Positions 1 to 10,800 of a stretch of DNA of 64,000 bases are shown here, piece after piece. Positions within the stretch are counted from its first letter, which is position 1; each line of letters starts with the position of its first letter. The position numbers were made by a program, and so were the translations under genes. The notes beneath the pieces are model-generated. The model worked only from the letters and a program-made list of their open reading frames with translations. It had not been told where the DNA came from and made no database searches. Where the stretch lies: assembly GCA_965649765.1 (NCBI GenBank), contig OZ287748.1:84382001-84446000 (forward strand), in the 5' to 3' direction. The DNA comes from Bispira polyomma. Its lineage: Eukaryota.

Positions 1-185
1 CAAAATTATGAGTGTCCTATGTTCTTATGTTTAAAATATGTACTTACAAATATTCAATATTCTTATGTTCATAATACATGTATGTACTTATATAATTTTC
101 TATGTTCTTATGTTTCTTAATATGTTATTGAAAATAAATAAATTGTATAAAATTAGTCAAGATTTACTTCTTCCCTATATTTGTG

Positions 186-296
186 ATAGGGGGGGCTTTT
201 GTCCTATGGTAGGGGGGCTTTGGTCAGGGGGGGCTTTTGCCACCCCTTGAAAAACAGGGGGGGCTTTTGTCAGGGGGGGCTTATGTCCTAGAATCA
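186..296. repeat. Cluster of GGGGGCTTTTGTC motifs, probable end of a non-autonomous DNA transposon
   Basis: Five repeats of GGGGGGCTT(T/A)TG, ending GTCCTAGAATC. Confidence 0.4.
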
Positions 297-389
297 TTAT
301 GAACACCCATGTAATAAATCATAACACTCAAAAATAACATTTTTAAAATATGCGGTGGTTTCTAAAAATTGTGGAGTTCCGTAAGCAGC

Positions 390-1526
390 TTCGTCACGGA
401 GGTAAAATCGCCTAGATCTTGGGAGGTAGCTCCATACAGAGTTAAAGTCGCCTAAATCTTGGGAGGTAGCTCCATACAGAGTTAAAGTCGCCTAAATTCG
501 CCTAAATCTTGGGAGGTAGCTTGGAAATTGCCTAAATCTTGGGAGGTAGCTCTAAAATCGCCCAAATCATTTCTTTTATGAAAGTGTAAAATGTAAATAT
601 GTAATATATGTTAGAAGTTCTAGTTTGTGTAATTTTGTGTTTGGTAATAAGGGGTTAATTTTTATAAGTTTTTTCAACTTCTTTTAACCCCTTTTCAACT
701 GTATAATTAATTTAGTCAGGTTAACAAAATTTAATTTAGTCAATTTAACAAAATTAATTTAGTCAAGTTACTAATATTCACTTAGTAACTTTTCTTCACT
801 GTAAAATTAACTTGTATTTATGTTAACACACACTATGTATGTATGTACATTATGTATTACTGTTGAAATAAATCATCTATCATCATTATCAAAAAAAATC
901 ATCAGAGGTAGCTTAAAAATCGCCTAAATCTTGGGAGGTAGCTTGAAAATCGCCTAAATCTGGGGAGGTAGCTCTAAAATTAGCTCAATCTTAGGAGTTA
1001 GCTTGAAAACCACATATAATAAACAAAATAAGGTACCATAAAATAAACTCTAATTTATTGTCATATTTTATCCTTCATTCAGGGTAATTACACATAATAC
1101 AATGTACATTAATACAAGTTACACCAATACATTACATTTTAAATTCTTTAACAGTTTAAGTATTATGACATGCATCACATAGCAAAAATTAATTCCTTCT
1201 GAAATTAATTCCTTGTAAAAGTTAATTATAAAATTATTTATGAAATTAGTTTCTTATAAATTACCTTCCTAGATTTGGGCGATTTTCAAGCTACCTCCCA
1301 ACATTTAGGCGATTTTGAAGCTACCTCCCAACATTTAGGCGATTTTAGAGCTTCCTCCCAAGACTTAAGCGATTTTGAAGCTACCTCCGTGAATTCAGGC
1401 GATTTTAGGCGATTTCTGAGCCACCTCCCAAGATTTAGGCGATTTTGGGCAATTTTTTTAACCTTGTATAAAGTGCATTAGGCGATTTTAGGCGATTTCT
1501 CCATCACGGAGGCGATCGCCTCCTAG
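390..1526. mobile_element. Non-autonomous foldback-like element with inverted 30-bp subterminal arrays
   Basis: GGGAGGTAGCT..AAAATCGCCTAAATCTT units at ~405-570 and ~905-1010, with reverse-complement units at ~1262-1500. Ends in the palindrome GGAGGCGATCGCCTCC followed by TAGT. Confidence 0.55.
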
Positions 1527-1890
1527 TTTTAGTATTAACCAAAATATGCAGCTTCTCTTTCTGGTGTAATTTTGCTATCGGCAAACTGTAACTTGTGATG
1601 GACCAGCAAAGTAGGAATTGGAGTTTTGACTGCTTTCTTTACTCGATCAGCAGTAGAGTAAATTGTATCTTTGTCCTTTAACAGTATTTATATTATAATG
1701 TCCAGACTACAAATTTATATGGTATCATTTTAACTAAAATTGCAAGTACAATGTATGAGTATAAATTGTACAAAATCCGAGGTATTAGGCTAATAAATTT
1801 TTTTCAATTTAATATTGTTTAGTAATTAATGATTTTATTATTTCAGGAAGAAGTGACCCATAATAAGCCTTAATAACAAAATGACTGAAT

Positions 1891-4800
1891 ATGGATGAAA
1901 AAACACTAAATGAACTTCTAGAATGTTCAGTCTGTTTGGAAAGACTTGATTCTACCAGCAAAGTACTTCCTTGTCAGCATACATTCTGTTGCCGTTGTTT
2001 AGAAGAAATAGTATCTAGTAATTCTAAAAATGAATTGCGCTGTCCAGAGTGTCGTTACTTGGTGGAAATTCCAAAGATTAGTGACTTGCCAAACAACTTA
2101 CTACTAATACGATTACTCGAGGGATTGAAAACATCTGGAGGAACCACAGATGGCAACACCAAGTGTAATGAGTCTTCACCTGTTTCGGTTACTACTGCTA
2201 AAAATCAAAGCCTCATTAAGAAGGTTGGTATTTAACCTATATATTGTTGATAATCTCATATTTCTTGTAAGCAATTGGATTACTTGTGATAACAACAAAT
2301 CTTCCTTCATCCAATTTTATATGTAAATACGTTGACATTTAACAGTTTAATTTTAATAATTTGCTTTAGATTTAAAAAAAAAAATGGCGGTTATATACGC
2401 ACAGGTCCGTGTGTATAAAAAAAATGTTACAAGCACGGAAATGATTTGAGAATAATATTTTTCTATTGTTTATTTATTTAGATTTATAATATACAAGTTA
2501 ATTTCATCATTCTTTAATGAAGTTCCATCCATTAAATTAATGGCATTAATGGATAAATTAACTGCAGAGCTTGTTTTTTATAAAGTCCGTGGATCAGTGG
2601 ATCATGTATACCTCGATAGTGAAGCATGTGTATATGAGCGACAATGGAAGAATTGGATGCAAATAAGTCATTATTGTTGCGAACACCCTAAAATACCAAC
2701 TTCCATATAAGGATATTTGAGTGATTCTGACCTTTAACTCTGCAATAATCGCCAGCATATATTACCTTATATTTGTACCGTCTATATTGATTTATACAGT
2801 GGAAGTCATACAATTGATTTCGCAAGAACCAATTTCTATATTTTATATTATATAATTTAGAACTTAAATAAATAGCTTCATAGAAAATACAGAACCGGAC
2901 GTATAATTAAACAGCCACAGACTTAAAAAAAATTTAAGGTCCGTGCGTATAACATTTTTTTTATACACACGGGTCCGTGCGTATATTCACTACAAAAAAA
3001 AAAAGATAGCCAACTTCTTGAAAATTGATGTTGGTTTTTTTTGTCATTATGTTGCAATATAACCAACCAAATATTCTTCCTAAGCAAATTTGTTAAAATC
3101 CTTACTAAGTACACATGTTCTAGAAAGACTGTCTTATATACATAAAAAATGTAATACTTTTTCCCCTGCTTTTTCAGCCAGTCCAAGCTGCACCTTGTGC
3201 AAAGGCTCTTTATAACTATGAAGCCAGGGAACCAGGGTAAGTTGTACCAGGGCTGGTGTTCACAGACATTCATATTTTAAAGTTTTATCCTAACTAATTT
3301 GATTGACTGAAAATATTGTTTTTAAAAATATATATCCTCAATGCTAAATAGTATTATATAGATTTTTTTATTGATGGCAATAAACTAGACCTGTTGCAAC
3401 TCTTTTTGATAGAGCTTTCAAAGACGAACTCATATTTGTATCTACCGGAGGAGTAACTCCGGTGGATACTATGGATTAGTCATCGTTACGCTGCCAACGC
3501 CGCTGCCGTGTCAGTGTGTGTAGAGATTTTATTGTTACCGCTCTGCTGGGAAAACTTTTACACCTAGGCTCCTGAAATTTACAGGAAATGTTCTTTAGTA
3601 CAAAACCTTGCCTGGGAATAATTTTGGCCTCACTTTGACAAACAAGATGGCCGCCACATGTGTTTCTTTGAAAATAATCAGCCTTTTAACTGTGTCTGCT
3701 TCTCAACTGTAGAAGGTTGAATCTCTTTACGGGTGATATGTTTAATGGATATATATGTCCTTTATAACCATGCAAACATTTGACCTTGAATCTCCTCATT
3801 CAAGGTCATCGACAGAGTGCCAAAGTACCCCAAGTGACTGATTTTCGCCAAACTTTCCCTAGTGCCTATATCTCGCTTAATATTGGTCCTAGAGGTTTGG
3901 GATCTCAAACAAACCTATAGGAAGTCATGGGCTGGGAATCTTTTCATATGGTCCGATTTGACCTTGGTCAAACTTGAAAGTGCCTTTATCTCACTTAATA
4001 TTGGTTCTACAGGTTTGGGATCTGAAACAAACCGAGAGGAAATCATGGACTGGGAATCTTTTTAATAAGGTCCGATTTGACGTTGGGCCCTAATGTTCAA
4101 GGTGAAATGATAAAGGCCAAACTTAAAAGTCCCTATATCTCGCTTAATATTGGTCCCATAGGTTTGGAGTGCCAAATCAATTTATAGAAAATCATGGGCT
4201 GGGAATCTTTTGATGTACTCAGGTTTGACCTTGGGCTCCTCGTTTAAGGTCAAATGCGGATGGCCAAACTTAGAAGTGCCTATATCCCGCTTATTATTGG
4301 TCCGACAGGTTTGGAGTGCCAAAATTATGTATAGAAAACCATGGGCTGGGAATCTTTTCATGTACTCAGATTTGACCTTGGGCCCCTTGTTCAAGGTCCA
4401 ATGCGGATGGCCAAACTTAGAAGTGCCTATATCCCGCTTATTATTGGTCCGACAGGTTTCAAATGTGAAACCAACCTGTACGAAATCAAGGTCAGAGAAT
4501 CTTCTGATGTGGTCTGATTTGACCTGTGGTCCCTCGTTCAAGGTCAGTCTTGGTTAAACTAAAAAGTGCCTATATCTCGCTTATTATTGGTGGTATGGGT
4601 TTGGGATGTGAAACCAACCTATAGGAAATCATGGGCTGCAAATCTTTTGCTGTGGTCAGATTTGACCTTGGATCCCTCGTGCAAGGTCAAACGGGTAAGC
4701 CAAACTTTAAAGTGCCTATCTCACACTTAGTACCTACATGTTTGCAATATTAAAACCCACTTGTGCGATTTAAGGCTTTAGCATAAATGCCCTATAGGAA

Positions 4801-7800
4801 ATCCCAGGCTCCTAGCTTGGGTGCTAGCTAGGGTGCTGGCTACCTAAGGTGCTTGCTACCTAGGGTGCTTGGTCTTTCTGGTGGTACAAATATACATCGG
4901 TTCTCCGATGTACTAGGTCTAGTTGTAGTTAAATTATAGATATCTTTATTGCATACAAAGATACAGCAGGGCAGATTTTGAGATAATGGTGGGTATAAGT
5001 TTATGACATTTTGCATTTACTGTGGAGCCTCTATTTTCTGAATATGTAATTTTATGAACACACTTTAACTCTCCTAAATTCACACTTTCCTATGTTTATG
5101 TATTTAATTAAATACTATATTATGAACATTTTGTTAGCCAAACAAAATTTGCTCTCCCAACATATTCAGCTAATAGAGGTTCTACTGTATATGGACCATA
5201 TCTTATGTGTTTACTTGTTTTCTACCAGGGGCCACAGTGGCCTAGTGGTTAGCAAGCATTGTGCTTTACAATCACTGGTCTCTCGCCTCTGGGGTTGGCT
5301 GGCGTGGGTTCAACTCCCGTCGATGCCTATGTAGAAAAGGTGGTAGTTCCTTATTGTGGGCCGCTGGTTTCAGTGCAGAACCTTGATCAACTGTATGCAG
5401 TGTTTCCTCCAACGTTTCCCACTACCTGTCCCAATATACCCTAAACAGGTACTAGAGTGGAAGTTAAACATCCCAATTCAAATTAAAAAATTTGTTTCCT
5501 GTCACTTTCTAGAGACCTAAGCTTTAAGAAAGGAGACGTTGTGTTGTTGAGGAAGCAGGTAGATGAGAACTGGTATCACGGTGAGCTAGGTATACTGCAT
5601 GGATTCTTCCCAGCTACTTATGTCCAGGTGAGACTGACAATGTAACCAATGGACTGTGGCTATCTTAAATAATAGTAATCATACTTTGGCGAGATATATC
5701 AAATAATGAAGATATTTTAAAAAAATGTTGATTCAAAATATTTTGTGCTTCGAAAGAAATAAAATATTCATAAAACTGTTTGTCAGTGATGAATAATCGT
5801 ACATCTTTATCTCTTCTGTAGTGTTTTACAATATTGTGTAATTATTGTTGTTTTCATGTGACCATAGTTAAATTGTAAAAGGAAAATGTGTCAGGTTTTT
5901 TTGGTACCAAGAGTTTGAAACCTTTTATTTTTACTCGTGTTATGTAATATTTATGCTGTTAAGCAATGATCTGTTAAAATTAATCAAGGTGATGACTTTT
6001 TAATTGTATTTATTTTGACGTTGTACAGGTCATTACTCCATTACCTCACCAAGAACTTCCAAAATGCACAGCCCTCTATGACTTTGTCATTGATGATGAA
6101 AATGAAAAAGACTGCCTCACTTTTCGTAAAGTAAGTTTAAAAATAAAATTTACTGTGGTGATAGATGTCATTCTAGTAGTAGACATGGAATTTTGATAGT
6201 ACTTGCTGTACAATTAAAATTTTCTGTAAAATAAAAATAGGTTATCTTATAAAATATTTTTGCATGTTGAACTTTTCCTTGGACGTCCATTAATTGGCTC
6301 TCAGTGTATTAGTTGGTGTATGCTGTGTCCTGTCTGTTGTCAACGGAAGTTGCTGTTATCATTCTTTATTACCGGGTGTAGGTATGTAATCTTATGACGT
6401 GTAACCTCATTGTAGCCTTTGACATTGTAGTTGTGCCATAGCTGTTAAAATTCTTTCCTGGACTAAATCTCCCAAGGAATTTCATGCTTGTTATGATTAT
6501 TCATTAGCACAATGTAGATGTTTACAGTCTGGTACTTTCACCCATTAGTTGTGAAGTTTTCAGTAGTTCCCCTTTTTATTTGCGTCGTAGATCATTTCAA
6601 CAAAAGGAAAAATACATGACTTGAAATTTTTCTTTGTATTTTCTTTAGCCTGATATTTATAGTCACCTATAGGGATTAAAGGCATCATATGCCATTGTCA
6701 GTCAGTGATGAATTTGCTGTTTGAATGTTTGAACTTTGCAGGATGAGGTCTTGACTGTGATACGCCGTGTCGATGGACATTGGGCTGAAGGGAAACATGG
6801 TGACCGCATTGGTATATTTCCCATTTCTTTTGTGGATCTCAACGATGCAGCAAAGTGGCTTATAAATGACCAAGCTAGATTAGCAAGGAGTTCTACAAAC
6901 CACCATGTTAATCATCAGTCCAGTGAGCCCAATACAGTAGCTCTTAACTCTGAACCAGAACCAGTAGTACCTTCTACAAGTACTAGCCCTGAAAGCTCCG
7001 ATATGACCACATTCAGTCGAGCCCCTGCTGCCACCACTGTTGGTATTTTAATCACCACTGCAGAGAGTGTGCAATCTCCTAATGCCATGGCAGTGACCTC
7101 TTTGGCAACATTTCCTACCGGTCTTACCTCATTTGCTATGCACCACAGGACGGACGCTCATCCAAAAAGACATTCACTGACCCTGGTTGGACACCCACAT
7201 TTATCTGCTTGTACTACCACTACGAGTAGTGGATATACCTCTAAACAAAGGCATTCGGTGGAGTTAGGGAATAGTCGAGTTATTGCAGCGGAGCCTGGAG
7301 ACTGTGTCACTGGTATTGTCACTACTGCTGAATCATCTGTGTCCTCAAATGGTGTTACATCTGAATCTACCAGGTCTAAACCAATGGCTGTGCCTTCATC
7401 GGGCATGTAAGTAAATAGTAGGGGTGGGATGGTGGCCAAAAATATGTCCCTGGGTACCCGATTCTTGGTAGTTGACTCAGATCCGGGTACCTGTGAAGTA
7501 TTTGTGTGTAGTAATGTCCACATATATATGTGGCCTCACTGAATCAAATACACTGAAAAATAAAGGTGCTCTTAAGTGAGAACTAACAGTGCAGATATAT
7601 TTTAAAATATAAACAACATTTTGCTTACATTTTTGGTGGCGATGGGTCTTAATTTTGAATATGTTTGATGGATTAAAATTTCTGCCTCCGAAAAAGCATG
7701 GCCGCCATTACTTCTTTGGGTATTTCCACATGGATATATATCTGGGGAATTTTTAATCCTGTGTTTTTTATTGTAAACTAGAAAGCATTAAAATTTCTTG

Positions 7801-10800
7801 ATTTTTTATTTTAAGAAAATATATCGCATAAAAATCATTGGGAAACCTTGTAAAAATGAAGAAAAATTTATTTAAATCTGTTATATTTAGTAAAAACGGG
7901 TACGCATCTGTCAAAGTAAAACCAAGTACTGGCAAAAGTGCTCCACTTTTCAGAATGTGATAAATAATAAGACGTGTGTTGTGCTTGTTATTTTGGTACA
8001 ACTGTATTCATTATTTGAAAATAAGACTCCAAAAAAGTGTTTTGAATTTGACTTTTTATCAATGGTAGAGTCCTGGGGACTGTATTTTAGGACCCAGTCA
8101 CCATTACTGTAGAAAGAAAACGTACAATTTATATAATTTTAAAGCAAAGTACACATTATTGTTTACTATACACTTAATTAAGCTTTTAACCATTAAACTT
8201 ATAGGCTACTACTGGTGAACACTAAACTTCATGTTTTTTTTTTATAGAATTTGTACTCTTTGTTGATGTAATAGTACTATATTATTGTAACCACCGATCA
8301 GGTGGATACTTTGGTTTAGCGTTGGCTACACCGCCGCCGAGAGATTTTCATCGTTAACACTCTCAGCGGAATACTAGACCAGCTAGCTTAACCAAATTTG
8401 CAGGATATCTTCATTGGGAGGTAAGCTTCTCTGCGACTAAAATTAGCCTCATTCTGAAAAACAAGATGGCCGCCATCGGGATTTCTTTGAAAATTACCCA
8501 CCTTTTTCTACTGACTGGTTCTCGTAACTAGACGGTTAAATCTCTTCATAGGTGATATGTATAACAGATATATATGTTCTCTACAAGCATGCAGACATTT
8601 GACCTTGAAGCTTTTCATTGAAGGTCATTCACAGAGTACCAAAGTACCCCACATAGCGAACTTTAAAAGTGCCCATATCTCCCTTATTATTGGTCCTAGA
8701 GGTTTGGTATGTGAAGCCTACCTATAGGAAATCATGGGCTAGGAATCTTCTGACGTGGTCAGATTTGACCTTGGATTCCTCATTCAAGGTCAAACAAGGT
8801 ATCCAAACTTAAAAGTGCTTATAACTTGCTTATTATTGGTCCTAGAGGTTTGGCATGTGAAGGCTACCTATAGGAAATCATAGGCTGGGAATCTTCTAAA
8901 GTGGTCGGTTAGACCTTGGGCCCCACATTCAAGGTCAAACAAGGTATCCAAACTTAAAAGTGTTTCTAACTTGCTTATTATTGGTCCTAGAGGTTTGGCA
9001 TGTGAAGCCTACCTATAGAAAATCATGGGCTGGGAAACTTCTGATGTGGTCATGTTTGACCTTGAGCCCCTCATTCAAGGTCAAATAAGGTATCCAAACT
9101 TAAAAGTCCTTATAACTTGCTTATTATTGGTCCTAGGGGTTTGCATTGTGAAACCAACTTATAGGTAATCATGGGCTGGGAGTCTTCTGTTATGGTCAGA
9201 TTTGACCTTGGGCCCCTTCATCAAGGTCAGACGAGGGTAGTTAAACTTAAAAGTGCTTATAACTCGCTTATTATTTGTCCTACAGTTTTGAGATGTAAAA
9301 GCAACCTATAGGAAATCATGGGCTGGTAGTCTTCTCATGTGGTCAGGTTTGACCTTGGGCCCCTTCCTCAATGTCAAATGACAATAGCCAAACTTGTAAG
9401 TGCTTATAACTCACTTATTATTGGTCCTACAGGTTTCAAATGTAAAACCAACTTATAGGTAATCATGGGCTGAGAATCTTTTGATGTGGTTAGGTTTGAC
9501 CTTGGGCCCCTCCTTCAAGGTCAGACAAGGGTAGCCATAGCTTGGGTGCTTCCTACCTATGGTGTTCTGTCTTTCTGGTGGATACAAATATGCATCGGTT
9601 TTCCGATGCGCTCACGTCGACTCACTTCTTCCTCTATGATCCAGTTTTTGAATATTGTAAAGGACTGGGTATTTTTTGGTCTATTCTTCCAGATGTGAAA
9701 CCACTTGTTACTTTTTCTCACCCATATAAACCATGTATTTTACTCTCTTCTAGATACAAAGCCGTGTATAACTACAAGCCACAAAAAGATGATGAGGTGG
9801 AACTAGCTAAAGGCAGGTATTACATTGTGTCTGAGAAATGCCAAGATGGCTGGTTCAAGGGCACTTGCTTGACTAGAGGCGATGTGGGAGTCTTCCCAGG
9901 GAACTATGTTCAAATGGTCAAAGTAGCAGCCTCAGTTCAGGGTGGTCTTTCACCAGTCAATGGTACTACTACTGCATTGGTAAATAATACTCACTTGACT
10001 TCCTCTGCCGCAGCCGCCATGTGTTCTGTAGCTAGGGCTAATTCTCTACTCAGTAGAAATCATAGCTTTCCTAAAACCTCGCCATATCACTTGAATCCTG
10101 AAAATCACAGACACATCGTCAACCATACTGCTGTGAAGGTTCCGTCCAGGACAATAACCAACGTGACCCAGGCACTGTCCCGATCTGGTGCTGCTCAATC
10201 TCATGTTAGTAATACCAGTAGTACAAAGACAACCCAGACTGACACTCATACGGAAGGGGTGACTTCTTCCATAGTATCTCCTGCACCGAGCTCTGATAGA
10301 AGCCATGTGTGTAGTAATCCTGGCGCGACCACACACTCGCCCAAATCTGGCCGTAGACATCACAAACAGAGTAGTCGGCATGCTTCTATCAGAACTACAT
10401 TAGTACCTGGTCCGGCATTGGACAGGCCTCAGAGTAGTTCGTGTCTACAGGGAGCTGGAGACAGCGGTCAAGAGGCTGGACCCTCTACACAGCAGCAGCA
10501 TTCCATCTGGGTAGTCAGTGGCTCCAGAGGTACTCCAGACCATAATACCACAGTGAGTGATACAGCTACACCAGACAGGACTCGCACCAGAGATAAGGTA
10601 CAGTACACTATTTACTAAAGCTGTGAGTCAGGGTATGTCGTTTGCATCAATTCTCTCCCACACAGACTCAATCAATGCATCAGTCGATTCAATTTTTTTT
10701 TTTTTTTTTAAATAAAGTGTGAATAAAGTGTTGATACATACCCGAACTCAAATATTTTGGATGTTTTCCTCTTTAAATTTAAGTATAACATGAACATAAA

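Noticed and set aside
1275-1481. ORF with 10-aa repeats (GDFEATSQHL)
   Set aside because: A by-product of a 30-bp TE subterminal repeat, with no ATG start or splice context.
4182-4557. Overlapping ORFs on both strands with ~49-aa repeats
   Set aside because: Translations of the 147-bp HINE core repeat.
5228-5310. tRNA gene
   Set aside because: The A/B boxes belong to a multi-copy SINE whose other copies have TSDs, and no clean cloverleaf is seen.
9542-9753. N-terminal extension of the 358-aa ORF
   Set aside because: Runs through the HINE tail and intron. The real exon starts at the acceptor at 9754, matching the phase of the previous exon.
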